Program-made: the position numbers and the translations under genes | Shown here: in pieces, positions 9,456-19,242 of the stretch | Numbering within the stretch: position 1 is the first letter of the stretch | How the letters are laid out: each line of letters opens with the position of its first letter | Assembly: GCA_023150835.1 (NCBI GenBank) | Contig: JAKLKB010000138.1 | Coordinates: 1-35,105, forward strand | DNA from: Myxococcota bacterium | Lineage (GTDB): Bacteria; Myxococcota_C; UBA6777 | Direction of reading: 5' to 3' | DNA: 35,105 nucleotides | Notes under the pieces: generated by a model | What the model was told of the DNA's origin: nothing | The model's database searches: none | The model's input: only the letters and a program-made list of their open reading frames with translations

Positions 9456-12107
9456 TTAGGCGACCTTGCGGCGGCGTGTGACCCACAACAGCGCAAACAA
9501 CGTGAGCAACCACAACGGTGCTGTTTGCAAGGGCGAAGTCCCCTGACAACCGCAATCACCGACACCATAACGGTCGGGAAGTGTACCGCTGGCTTCGGTG
9601 TTTCCACCGACTTCTTTTTGACCGTTTTCGCCGTCGTTTTGGCTGGCGTTGTTTTCTATGTCGGTGTCCATGATGACGGGTTCAGAAGATCCGCCGTCGG
9701 GGTTGTTGCCTTCGGGTTGGATCTCATCCCAGTTTGGATTTTCGGGCGGAGGCGTGGTTCCGCCGTAGCACTGGCCTTCTTTGCAGACGTTGCCTTCTGG
9801 GCAAACGATATTGATACAGGGATCACCCACGCATTTTCCGTCTTCGCAATAGCGACCGCTATCGCACTTGACGCCAGCACAGGGATGTTGGGAGGGAGGA
9901 ATGCACTTTCCATCTTTGCAAAGCTCGCCATCCGCGCAAGTGACGGCTTCACAGCCGCTTGGTGTGACGCACTTTCCGTCTTTGCAAGAGTCGCCTTTGG
10001 GGCAAGTGATGTTGGCGCATGTATCGACGCATTGGCCTTCTTTGCAGTACTGGGTGCCTTGACATTTTACATCTTTACAGGGATCGGCGACACATTGACC
10101 ATTTCGGCAGCTTTGACCTGCGGGGCAGCCAAGCTGATAACAGTCTTTGGTGCCTTTGTCTTCGCACTTGCCTTTGACGCAGACTTGATCGGCCTTGCAG
10201 GTGACGTTGGTGCAAGCGTCGAAGCATTGGCCATCTTTGCAATACTGATCGTTGCCGCACTTGACACGAGAGCACGGATTTTCGCGACAGACACCGTCTT
10301 GGCAGTAATACCCTCCCGGACATTCTGTCGTGCATTTCTTGTAGCAGATGCCTTGGATGCAGACATCGCATTGGGCGGTGGGTGTGTAGTTGTCCACCAC
10401 ACCGTCGCAATCGTCGTCTTTGTTGTTGCAGACTTCGGTTTGAGGCTGTTGAGCGTTGCAAGCGCCCCATTGACCGTTGCTACAGGTCTCGATGCCTGAG
10501 CCGCACTTGCTTTGACAAGCACGCGTCACGCCGTTGTCGATCATCCCGTCGCAATCGTTGTCTTTGCCATCACACACTTCGGTGGTCGGTTTTGCAGCGT
10601 TGCAATTCACCCATTGTCCGGCGCTACAGGTTTCTTCGCCCTCACCGCAAGCCGTTAAACACTTGCGTTTGAGACCTTCGTCGATTTGACCGTTGCAATC
10701 GTTGTCTTTGTTGTCGCAGGTTTCGGGCTGTGGTTGTTGAGCGTTGCAGTTCTCCCATTTACCGGCATTACAGACCTCTTCGCCTGAGCCACAAGCACTT
10801 CGACAAGCACGCTTCAAACCGTTGTCGATCTTGCCATCGCAATCTTCGTCTTTGTTGTCGCAGGTTTCGGGCTTGGGTTGGGGAGCGTTGCAATTCACCC
10901 ATTGTCCGGCACTACAGGTCTCAACGCCTGCCCCGCAGGCCGAATTGCAATTTCGGCTGAGGCCGTCATCGATCTGACCGTTGCAGTCGTCATCTTTGTT
11001 GTTGCAGGTTTCAGGTTGGGGTTGTTGGGCGTTGCAATTTCCCCATTGGCCGGCACTACAGGCTTGAGTCCCCGGGCCGCAAGGCCCCGCACAAGAACGA
11101 CTCAGGCCGTCGTCGATCTTGCCGTTGCAATCGTTGTCTTTGTTGTCGCAGGTTTCGGGCTTGGGTTGAGGAGCGGTGCAGTTCACCCATTGTCCGGCGC
11201 TACAAGTCTCGATACCTGCCCCGCAGGCGGTGTTGCAATTTCGGCTGAGGCCATTGTCGATCTGACCGTTGCAATCATCGTCTTTGTTGTTGCAGATCTC
11301 GGGTTGGGGTTGTTGGGCCGCAGAGCAAGCGCCCCATTGACCGGCAGAACAGACCTGCGTCCCTGTACCGCAAGGCCCCGTACAAGAACGACTGAGGCCG
11401 TTGTCGATCCTGCCGTCACAATCGTCGTCGAGGTTGTTGCAAACTTCGGCAGATGCGGCGTTTGCGATGGCAGCCATCGCAGCGTTCAGTTCGCTAGAGT
11501 TGTCGGCTTGGTAATACTTGCGCGTCCCGGTCAATGCGGTACCGCCGCTGGTCGCCATGTTGTTGAGGCAAGTCGCATCGACGCCTGTCCCAAAGCCGAT
11601 CACATAGGTCAAGATGCCTTTGGCATTGAGCGAGGCGACCTGTGTTTGTGCGCAAGAGGCCGTTCCGTCCGTAAGAAACATCACAGCGCGCTTGCGTGTT
11701 TTCACGGGATCGCTTGCGGCAACGGTAGTCAGATGTTGATCCGCCGTTGTGATCGCAGCGATCAAGTTGGTGCCACCGCTTGGGGAGAGCGCCGCCAGCG
11801 AAGCGCGCAATTGTGAGCCACAGTTTGCGCCGTCAGCGACGCATTGCGGGATGCCATAACGGACGGTTGCGGTACTATCGAAGGTTTCGAGTCCAAAACG
11901 CAGCTTGCCGCTGTATTGTGTGGTGATGGTGTTCACGGCATTGACCGCTGCTGTCCAGTTGGCTCCGCCCATACTGCACGAACGATCCACCACGATCAAC
12001 AGATCGGGGGTTTCGCAAGCCGCGTGCGCTTGGGCAGATAGCATACACCAGAGAAACAGGGACAGCCCAACCGCCCCCAAGAGATGAATCCGTCTTTTGT
12101 GTTCCAT
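9456..12107 (-). CDS. Surface protein 1: signal peptide, VWA domain, 8 ExCxxxDxxCxG repeats, Cys-rich repeats, acidic linker and MYXO-CTERM-like tail
   Basis: Signal ending AHA, MIDAS DRSCS, GGTN, LTDG and VIGFG. Repeats have a 144-bp period. C-terminus GC...LWLLTLFALLWVTRRRK. GGAGG RBS at ATG 12107. Confidence 0.88.
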   Translation of the reverse strand: MEHKRRIHLLGAVGLSLFLWCMLSAQAHAACETPDLLIVVDRSCSMGGANWTAAVNAVNTITTQYSGKLRFGLETFDSTATVRYGIPQCVADGANCGSQLRASLAALSPSGGTNLIAAITTADQHLTTVAASDPVKTRKRAVMFLTDGTASCAQTQVASLNAKGILTYVIGFGTGVDATCLNNMATSGGTALTGTRKYYQADNSSELNAAMAAIANAASAEVCNNLDDDCDGRIDNGLSRSCTGPCGTGTQVCSAGQWGACSAAQQPQPEICNNKDDDCNGQIDNGLSRNCNTACGAGIETCSAGQWVNCTAPQPKPETCDNKDNDCNGKIDDGLSRSCAGPCGPGTQACSAGQWGNCNAQQPQPETCNNKDDDCNGQIDDGLSRNCNSACGAGVETCSAGQWVNCNAPQPKPETCDNKDEDCDGKIDNGLKRACRSACGSGEEVCNAGKWENCNAQQPQPETCDNKDNDCNGQIDEGLKRKCLTACGEGEETCSAGQWVNCNAAKPTTEVCDGKDNDCDGMIDNGVTRACQSKCGSGIETCSNGQWGACNAQQPQTEVCNNKDDDCDGVVDNYTPTAQCDVCIQGICYKKCTTECPGGYYCQDGVCRENPCSRVKCGNDQYCKDGQCFDACTNVTCKADQVCVKGKCEDKGTKDCYQLGCPAGQSCRNGQCVADPCKDVKCQGTQYCKEGQCVDTCANITCPKGDSCKDGKCVTPSGCEAVTCADGELCKDGKCIPPSQHPCAGVKCDSGRYCEDGKCVGDPCINIVCPEGNVCKEGQCYGGTTPPPENPNWDEIQPEGNNPDGGSSEPVIMDTDIENNASQNDGENGQKEVGGNTEASGTLPDRYGVGDCGCQGTSPLQTAPLWLLTLFALLWVTRRRKVA

Positions 12108-12262
12108 GATCGCCTCCATGATCAACATTTTTTGATAGACACCTTATGACTATACGACAAAGCACTTTTCACCCGATATAAAAATTTCGATCCGCACACA
12201 AAAAAGTGACCGTTCCACAGTACCTTGCGGTTGTGGAGAGCACAGACAAAAGCGCAACCAGC

Positions 12263-12301
12263 AAAAAAAAGCCCCACCACAAAAAGCTCGGGGGTGGGGC
12301 T
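12263..12301 (-). terminator. Rho-independent terminator downstream of VWA protein 2
   Basis: Minus strand GCCCCACC...GGTGGGGC stem followed by T8. Confidence 0.75.
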
Positions 12302-12330
12302 GGATGACGAAGATCTCCAAAGCAAGCAGG

Positions 12331-12388
12331 CCATCGGCATCGAGCGATGATCACGCGGACCATCAGCATCAAGCGACGATCACAGGGG
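12331..12388. repeat. Imperfect 29-bp tandem duplication
   Basis: CCATCGGCATCGAGCGATGATCACGCGGA / CCATCAGCATCAAGCGACGATCACAGGGG. Confidence 0.7.
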
Positions 12389-12396
12389 AGCGTCGA

Positions 12397-14394
12397 CTAG
12401 GCTTGTTGGCGACGACGCACCAAGACGGGCCACAACAAGAAGAGCAACAGCAGCGAAAGCGGAAGCGTTGTATTGTCGTGGCTAGAACACACACAACCCG
12501 TTCCACCACGGCGGTTGTTGTTGTTCGGATCGTCTGCGTTGTTCGGGTCATCCGAATTGTTCGGATTGTTGGGGTCGTCAGGGTTTTTGGGATTGTTGGG
12601 ATCATCGGGATTCGGGTTATTCGGATCATCGGGATTCGGATTGGGTCCGCCATCACCGGGATTTGGCGTGCCGTCGGGTTTGGGGATGTTGGAGCCATAG
12701 CAGTTTCCGTTAAAGCAGGTCTGTCCTTGAGGACAGTCGGCCTTAAAGCAAGGATCATCGAGGCATTGGCCGATTTCGCACTTTTGACCCGAAGGACAAC
12801 CGCCTGCGGGACACGCCGCAGGAACTTGGCAAGCTCCAGCGCTACAGGCCTGTCCTTGGGGACATTGAACGCCCGCGCAAGGATCTTTGATACACGTTCC
12901 GTTTTCGCAGTATTCGCCGTTTGCGCATTGGACACCTTCGCAAGAGTGATGGCACTTGTTGTCGTAAGGTCGGCAGAACTGGCCCGAAGCGCATTGGATG
13001 TTGGGGCAAAGGTTGCGCTGGCAAACACCATTGCGGCAGATCTCATCGGCGGCACAATAGGCACCTTGCAAGGTGCAGTTGTTGGGAACGCAAGAGCCGT
13101 TCAAGCAACGTTCGCTTTCTTTGCAAGGTGTCGCACATTCACGCGGCTCACAGAAGCCGTTGTTGCAAACATATCCGCCTGCGCATTCGGTGGTGCAAGT
13201 TTTCACGCATTTTCCGTTGAGACAGACGCCATTTTGACAGACGGCTCCGTCATCGATCTTGCCGTTGCAGTTGTTGTCGAGACCGTCGCAGACTTCGGGT
13301 TGGGGCTGCGGCGCAGAGCAAGTGGTCCAGTCGCCGCGAATACACGCTTGAACGCCTTCGCCGCATGGCGTATTGCACTTGCGAGAAAGGCCCTCGTCGA
13401 TCTGACCATCGCAGTCGTCGTCTTTGCCGTTACATTCTTCGGGCTTTGCGCTGGGCGCGGTACATCCGCTCCATTTTCCAGCAACGCAAGTCTCGACACC
13501 TGCACCGCAAGCGGTCGAGCAGTTGCGCGTTAAGCCATCGTCGATCTTGCCGTTGCAATCGTTGTCTTGGTTATCGCAAACTTCGGGACCTGTAGGAACA
13601 TCCGTCGAACACTTGCTCCATTGCCCCGCAACGCACTTGCGTTTGCCTGCTCCGCACTGTCCTTGGCAGGTGTCTTCAAAGTTATCGATCACACCGTCGC
13701 AATCGTTGTCTTTGCCATCGCAGATCTCGCGGCTTGCGCCGTTTGCGATATCGTTAAGTGCTTTGAACAGGTCGTTTTGGTTGTCAGCGCGATAAAATTG
13801 TCCCGTACCACCCGCGACCGCCATCGATTGCAGCGTCCCCGCACCAACACCCGAGCCAAAACCGATCACGTAGGTCTTGACGTTGAGTTGGCTCAGCAAG
13901 TTTCGGATCGGAGGTGTAACGTCTGTACCGCAAGTGTTGGGTTCACCGTCCGTCATCAACACGACGAAACGACGGCGATCTTTGACGGGGTCAGCGGGGA
14001 TGACAGCGCTGCTGTAATGCTGGTAAGCGATATCGAGAGCGCATCGCATCGCGGTGGTTCCGGCGGGGCCAAGCGAGTTCAACACGCTGAGGCACTGCTG
14101 TGCGGTGTTTGAAGCAAGCGGCACGCGCAAAGTGGCGGCAGATTCAAAGGTAATCAGGCCAAAGCGCAGCTTTCCTGCGTACTGAGTGAGGAGGGTGCGA
14201 TACGCGCCTTGGGTTGCTGCCCAACGTGTCTGGCCGTTGGAGGTGGAGGATTGCATACTTCCTGAGTTATCGACAACAAGCAAAACGTCCGATGGTAGGC
14301 AGTTTGCGGGTTGTGCAGCAGCATGATTTGGTAGAAACAAGCTGCAACACAAACTGAAGACCCCGATCAAGGGCAACAACACTTTGCGGATCAT
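12397..14394 (-). CDS. Surface protein 2: signal peptide, VWA, 4 ExCxxxDxxCxG repeats, Cys-rich repeats, NPDDPNN linker and MYXO-CTERM-like tail
   Basis: MIDAS DNSGS, MTDG and VIGFG. Tail GCVC...LLLLFLLWPVLVRRR. GAGG RBS at ATG 14394. Confidence 0.88.
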   Translation of the reverse strand: MIRKVLLPLIGVFSLCCSLFLPNHAAAQPANCLPSDVLLVVDNSGSMQSSTSNGQTRWAATQGAYRTLLTQYAGKLRFGLITFESAATLRVPLASNTAQQCLSVLNSLGPAGTTAMRCALDIAYQHYSSAVIPADPVKDRRRFVVLMTDGEPNTCGTDVTPPIRNLLSQLNVKTYVIGFGSGVGAGTLQSMAVAGGTGQFYRADNQNDLFKALNDIANGASREICDGKDNDCDGVIDNFEDTCQGQCGAGKRKCVAGQWSKCSTDVPTGPEVCDNQDNDCNGKIDDGLTRNCSTACGAGVETCVAGKWSGCTAPSAKPEECNGKDDDCDGQIDEGLSRKCNTPCGEGVQACIRGDWTTCSAPQPQPEVCDGLDNNCNGKIDDGAVCQNGVCLNGKCVKTCTTECAGGYVCNNGFCEPRECATPCKESERCLNGSCVPNNCTLQGAYCAADEICRNGVCQRNLCPNIQCASGQFCRPYDNKCHHSCEGVQCANGEYCENGTCIKDPCAGVQCPQGQACSAGACQVPAACPAGGCPSGQKCEIGQCLDDPCFKADCPQGQTCFNGNCYGSNIPKPDGTPNPGDGGPNPNPDDPNNPNPDDPNNPKNPDDPNNPNNSDDPNNADDPNNNNRRGGTGCVCSSHDNTTLPLSLLLLFLLWPVLVRRRQQA

Positions 14395-14849
14395 GAAACA
14401 CCTCGTACGGCTAAAGGATGGCGATCTTCGCGAAGATCTTTTTGGGAGAAGGGGGCGTTCCCCTGATTTCTTGACGACAGTTGAGACGCAGGCAGGATGT
14501 TGTACACAGTTGCAACGAAACAAGAACAGTGCGAAGACATCGGTTGTGTTGTGCGAGAGTAAAGACAGAGACATCTATCGCGTTGTTTGGATCAGGCCGA
14601 AAGCAAGGTCATATTCGTCAAAAACGACGTGCCTCGCCAGAATGGATCCGAACCTTAACAAAGTGCATCCTGATGGTCAAGGCAGAAAACACTTGTGAAC
14701 AAGACACATCACCGCGTTGCGGTGTGCCACAAAAAAGCAACTCTTACCTCTCCATGCGAGATCGTGGTAAGCTCCATCTTTCCAGACTCACCAAGGTTCG
14801 GATCTGTCCCGAAGAAAATCGCGATCGTCACCTCACAAAGAGCAAAAAA

Positions 14850-15530
14850 ATGAGCAAAGAGTTAGAAAAAGAAAAAGAATCCAAGCAACAACTCGATCGG
14901 CTCGAAAAAAACATCGAGGAGTGCCATCGGTTGTATGAACTGTACTTCATGGGCATCGAAAAGCGCGAACCTGCGCAGCTACGAGAAGTTGTGAAGCGCG
15001 AGATCGCCTTGTTGCGTACCAGCCGCAACAACCAAGCCACCTTTCGCTTCCGATTGACGAGCCTTTCCAACCGCCTCCAATCGCTGTCTCGTTATTGGGA
15101 TCGCGTCAATTATGAGCGAGAACAAGGCACCTTTCACAAGGATCGCAAACGCACCTTGCGGCGCGTCTTCAACCAAAGCGACGCCGAGCCTTCGTCTGCA
15201 GCACTCGAAGCACTCAAGCAACCCTCCCCCCAAGACAACGAAGCCACCCCACCCGACGGGGTTCCAGCCTATCCCGGAACATCACAACGCCCCGATCCAT
15301 CGCTAATCCAACAACCTCGCCTCCCCGAACAACGCATGCGCCAGATCTACGACTCTTACCTCGAAGCGCGCAGCCAATGCGGCGAAAGCACCCGCGTCAA
15401 CTACGAGGCTCTTGTCAAAACCATCGAAAGCCAGATCCCGCGCCTACAAGCCAAAGGCTACAAAGAAGTCGACTTCCAAGTCATCGTCAAAGACGGCAAA
15501 GCCGCCCTTAAACCCGTCGGAAAAACGTGA
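14850..15530 (+). CDS. MXAN_5187 C-terminal-domain-like protein
   Basis: LYELYFMGIEKREP, RFRL...YWDR and the C-terminal VDFQVIVKDGKAALK resemble this myxobacterial family (recalled, not searched). Start uncertain. Confidence 0.65.
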   Translation: MSKELEKEKESKQQLDRLEKNIEECHRLYELYFMGIEKREPAQLREVVKREIALLRTSRNNQATFRFRLTSLSNRLQSLSRYWDRVNYEREQGTFHKDRKRTLRRVFNQSDAEPSSAALEALKQPSPQDNEATPPDGVPAYPGTSQRPDPSLIQQPRLPEQRMRQIYDSYLEARSQCGESTRVNYEALVKTIESQIPRLQAKGYKEVDFQVIVKDGKAALKPVGKT

Positions 15531-16084
15531 TCATGCTCACCCCGACTCTGCTTCTTCGCCGCTGCACTCGATCCCTCCGATGGTTGCACACCACTCGATT
15601 CATCGTTGCGTTGACTTTTTTTGCAGTCACTGCAAGTCCCCCTCCGATGGCTCGACTGTTTGGAGCCGCTGCAAACGCCCAACCCACCGCCCAACCCACC
15701 GCCCCTCTTCCTGAGCAACCCACGCTCGAACTGCCCAAACGCCTTCGCGGAGGAACCTGTTGGACAACCCTCCAATCTGTTCGCGAGGATCTCAAGCGTT
15801 ACCGCACCCTTAGCCCACGCCTTCAAAGCTACCAATGCGACGAAGAAGCCGAACGATGGAGCCGTTGCAAACACAACCAAACCCAAGAAGAGTGTCAAAA
15901 GGAACTCCACCAAAAGCGTTGGACGGCGTGCTTTCGCATACGGCGCAGGATGCGCATCCTCACAACACGCCTCGAAAGTTATCGCGCCATCCAAAAAAAA
16001 CAGCGATGTGGTTGGAAACTAAAACTCCCGAAAGAACGGTTTCTCCGTCAGCTTTTTGCTGCGCCCTCACCCGCCCAACGTTAA
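15527..16084 (+). CDS. Hypothetical basic, Cys-containing, probably exported protein
   Basis: GTGA overlap with the upstream stop, a hydrophobic segment (FIVALTFFAVTA), a Pro linker and a helical domain with 6 Cys. Confidence 0.5.
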   Translation: MIMLTPTLLLRRCTRSLRWLHTTRFIVALTFFAVTASPPPMARLFGAAANAQPTAQPTAPLPEQPTLELPKRLRGGTCWTTLQSVREDLKRYRTLSPRLQSYQCDEEAERWSRCKHNQTQEECQKELHQKRWTACFRIRRRMRILTTRLESYRAIQKKQRCGWKLKLPKERFLRQLFAAPSPAQR

Positions 16085-16135
16085 CCCTCACCCAACGTTT
16101 TCCCTTACCCCACACATTTTTTTGCCCCGACGGTA

Positions 16136-16696
16136 TCAGACGCCAAGGCGCTTTTTGAGATACTCTGCGGTATATTCGCCAAGTTTGCGCACCGTCTCGC
16201 GGATGCGCTTTTGCAGATCGGCGAAGTCGCCGTCGGGCTTGGTTTCAGCCGTCACTTCGATGATATCGCGGGTTGCGTTGCCTTGCAGCAAGCGCACAGA
16301 CAACAAGATCTTACAAGGTTTTCCAGCACCCCCCGGGGTCATCTCTTTGATTTGGGGGCGGATGATGAACATATCTGCGGTTTCTTGGGAGACATAGATG
16401 TTGACAGCCGGAGCCGCCGCCTTCATAGCATCGCGGTAAATCTTCGCCAAAAACTCTTTCTCTGTTTCCCACTTGGCCTTAAAATCGGGGCCTTGGCTGG
16501 TCACAAAGTCCGCCTCAAAACCGTTGTCCACTTTCATCTCGCTAAAGATCAGCTTTTTCGCCATCAAACGCGTGCTTGCCGTAAAGGGGTTCGGATTGGT
16601 TTGGCTCACCACTTTGACCGCAGAACCACAACCCGTCGCCGTCAACAGCAAGCCTGCAAGCCACAAAAGATTCCAAAACTTCTGCATACGCATCAC
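16136..16696 (-). CDS. Hypothetical lipoprotein
   Basis: Signal peptide with lipobox LTATG-C; AGGAG RBS. Confidence 0.8.
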   Translation of the reverse strand: MMRMQKFWNLLWLAGLLLTATGCGSAVKVVSQTNPNPFTASTRLMAKKLIFSEMKVDNGFEADFVTSQGPDFKAKWETEKEFLAKIYRDAMKAAAPAVNIYVSQETADMFIIRPQIKEMTPGGAGKPCKILLSVRLLQGNATRDIIEVTAETKPDGDFADLQKRIRETVRKLGEYTAEYLKKRLGV

Positions 16697-16788
16697 TTTT
16701 CTCCTACGCTTGAATAAAGGCGGGACACCCGCCAGCCAGACCCGAAAACACAGGCCAACTTCATCACATAAAGCAAGGCAGCGCTCTT

Positions 16789-16805
16789 GGCAAAAAAGAT
16801 GCCGA
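16789..16805 (-). promoter_or_regulatory. Possible sigma-54 -24/-12 promoter for the lipoprotein gene
   Basis: Minus strand CGGCATCTTTTTTGCC gives GG-N10-GC with TTGC, about 95 nt upstream of the start. Confidence 0.3.
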
Positions 16806-16924
16806 GTGCCCCCTCAAAACAACCGCACGTCTTGTAGCCCAAATCCCCCCCTCTCCACAAGCGCGGCACACCAAGATATTCTTCTTCAAAGGCTGATACA
16901 GCGCAAAGATCGAGTGTGTTGCGC

Positions 16925-17017
16925 GTCGCCGAGCCTCCCTCGTCGCAGAGCCTCCCCTGTCGCCGAGCCTCCCTCGTCGCAGAGCCTCCCCTGTCGCCGA
17001 GCCTCCCCCGTCGCAGA
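16925..17017. repeat. Intergenic 17-bp tandem repeat, 5.5 units, alternating variants
   Basis: GTCGCCGAGCCTCCCTC alternates with GTCGCAGAGCCTCCCCT. Confidence 0.95.
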
Positions 17018-17049
17018 AACAATTCGCGATTCTCTCAAAATGAGAAGGA

Positions 17050-19023
17050 TTATTCGCGACTCACTCGGCAATAACGTTTCATCTCGCAAGTGTATTGCGT
17101 GACTTTACCGCGATATACACAAACAGAAGTTTTCCATCGTTTGTTGTTGCCCCAGATAAAGACGATGGGGTGTCGTCCTGCGGGCAAGCTCTTGGCTTCG
17201 CTGAGGTTGGGGACTTCAAAAGAGTCCGTTGGATCGGCTGCGGGATAAGCTTGTCCTTTTTCGGGGGTGTCAAGGATCAACTTTCCGCGCCCACCGCGAG
17301 GGCAACCATTGTTTCGCGCAACGGGGCGAGGTGTCGGTCGTTTTGTAGAGCGAACCGTTGGACGGGGGCGAACAGGCTCAGTTCTTCTTTCGATGGTAGG
17401 TGGCGTGGTGGGGGGCTGTGTGCGCGGCTCTTCGGGCCGNGGCCGTGTTGTGTTCGGGGGTGGGATTGGTGGTGGAGGTGTCGGCAGAACGGCCCCAGCA
17501 TCGGGGGGATTGGGGATTGTACGGATGGTCGGAGGGGGCGACGGAGGATTGTCTTTGGGGAGGGAGCCGGGCAGCCATCCCATGAAATGGGCCGCGACTG
17601 CGCCGCTTGTGAGCAAGACAAAACCAAAAAGTGCCCAGATCCAGACGCCACCGCCTCCACCAGCATCACGACGACGCCGCGCATAGGGGTTGTCTTCGTC
17701 TTCAAGCTCCATCGGAAGGCCCAGATCGGGGCCTGTGTGATGACGAGGCATCGCCATCGAAGGAACTTGCGGCGAAGAATAATTCGATTGAAGCGAAGAA
17801 TGGTGAGCGATATCGGCGTTGATGTCTGTGGGTTCAAAGCCAAAGTGAGGCTCTTGGCGAACGAGGTCATCCATGACGGTCACTTCGGCAGCACCGATCC
17901 CAAACCCCGAACCTGTTTTTGCGCGGGGCGGAGTGAAGTTGTGTCCGGTCGGAAGACTGGGCTTGGTGACGGGTCGGGGAACCGCAGAGATCCGATCTTG
18001 GGTGGAGAGCATCGGCGCAGAAGGAGGAGGATACGCAACATTCGGATGGACGGGCGAAACACGCGGTAGATCCAGAACCACTTGGGTCGATTCGGGGGGA
18101 GTGAACAGCCATTTGAGGAAGTCAGCGAGATGTTCGGGGCCTACGGAGATCCCCATCTCGCGCAAAAAGCCTTCCATCTCATAACGAAACGCCGCTGCGG
18201 TGGGGTAGCGTTCTTCGCGATCTTTGGCGAGACCTTTCATCAGGATCGCTTCCAAACGCGGCGGGATATCGTAGCGCAGTTCACGCGGCGAAGGGATGCC
18301 TTCTTTCATCAGCTTATGAAAGCAAGCGAGCAGGTTATCGCCATCGAACGGCTTGGTGGCGCACAACATCTCGTAGAGAACAACGGCGGTTGAAAACAGA
18401 TCGCTGCGTCGATCAAGCTCGCGAGCCATCATCTGTTCGGGAGACATGTAACAGATCTTGCCCTTGGTATGGCCGACTTGTGTGCGACTGGAGCTGGTGC
18501 GGGCTTTGGCGATCCCAAAGTCGATCAGTTTGACGACGCCTGTGTGCGAGACAAGGATATTTTGGGGCGAAACATCGCGGTGAACCACGCCCATCGGGGT
18601 TCCATCGGCGGTGGTGCAATCGTGCGCGTAGCCCAACCCAAGGCATGTATCCGCGATAATGCGTACGGCGTACTCGATCGGAAAAGGTGTGTTTCGGCTC
18701 TTCAACTGTTCGCAGATCTGTTCGATATCGTAGCCGCGAATGTACTCCATCGCGATGAAGTAGTTTTCGCCGTCATTTCCGAGATCAAAGATGTGAACAA
18801 CGTTGGCGTGATTGAGGTTTGCGGCGATCCGCGCCTCATCGAGAAACATCGTGACAAGCTTATCGTCTTCTGCAAGATGCGGGAGGATCCGCTTGATCAC
18901 CACATCTTTGGCAAAGCCTTCTGTGCCGTGTTGGCGAGCGAGCCAAACTTCGGCCATGCCACTGCTTCGCAGTTTCCGAAGGAGCGTGTACTTTCCGTGA
19001 GCGAAGGTTTCGCCTGGCTTCAT
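17050..19023 (-). CDS. Membrane Hanks-type Ser/Thr protein kinase with TM helix, Pro-rich linker and a small extracytoplasmic (PEGA-like) domain
   Basis: GMAEVW, VVIKRI, FLDEA, HRDVSPQN, DFGIAK, YMSPEQ and SDLFS. TM VWIWALFGFVLL. An N base at 17440. Start placed at ATG 19023. Confidence 0.92.
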   Translation of the reverse strand: MKPGETFAHGKYTLLRKLRSSGMAEVWLARQHGTEGFAKDVVIKRILPHLAEDDKLVTMFLDEARIAANLNHANVVHIFDLGNDGENYFIAMEYIRGYDIEQICEQLKSRNTPFPIEYAVRIIADTCLGLGYAHDCTTADGTPMGVVHRDVSPQNILVSHTGVVKLIDFGIAKARTSSSRTQVGHTKGKICYMSPEQMMARELDRRSDLFSTAVVLYEMLCATKPFDGDNLLACFHKLMKEGIPSPRELRYDIPPRLEAILMKGLAKDREERYPTAAAFRYEMEGFLREMGISVGPEHLADFLKWLFTPPESTQVVLDLPRVSPVHPNVAYPPPSAPMLSTQDRISAVPRPVTKPSLPTGHNFTPPRAKTGSGFGIGAAEVTVMDDLVRQEPHFGFEPTDINADIAHHSSLQSNYSSPQVPSMAMPRHHTGPDLGLPMELEDEDNPYARRRRDAGGGGGVWIWALFGFVLLTSGAVAAHFMGWLPGSLPKDNPPSPPPTIRTIPNPPDAGAVLPTPPPPIPPPNTTRXRPEEPRTQPPTTPPTIERRTEPVRPRPTVRSTKRPTPRPVARNNGCPRGGRGKLILDTPEKGQAYPAADPTDSFEVPNLSEAKSLPAGRHPIVFIWGNNKRWKTSVCVYRGKVTQYTCEMKRYCRVSRE

Positions 19024-19242
19024 CAAAACACCCGATATCTGGGCGACTTCGTCTATATTCCTCAACAGAGGCAACGAGCCGCGCTTCGTAAAAATGAAGG
19101 GATTGCGCTGTTTTCTGACAAGACGCAAACATCAAAGAACAAAGATCACGATGGCTGCTGCGGCGTGATGGCGTCGCTCAATCTACCCCACAACACAACA
19201 CGCGGCAAGAGCATCGTGCCACGAAGAATAGAACAGCCATCC

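Noticed and set aside
17440..17440. Ambiguous base N in the kinase gene
   Set aside because: Sequencing or assembly ambiguity; the frame is preserved.
19205..19221. Sigma-54-like TGGCACGATGCTCTTGC upstream of the kinase (minus strand)
   Set aside because: GG-to-GC spacing is 12, not the required 10.
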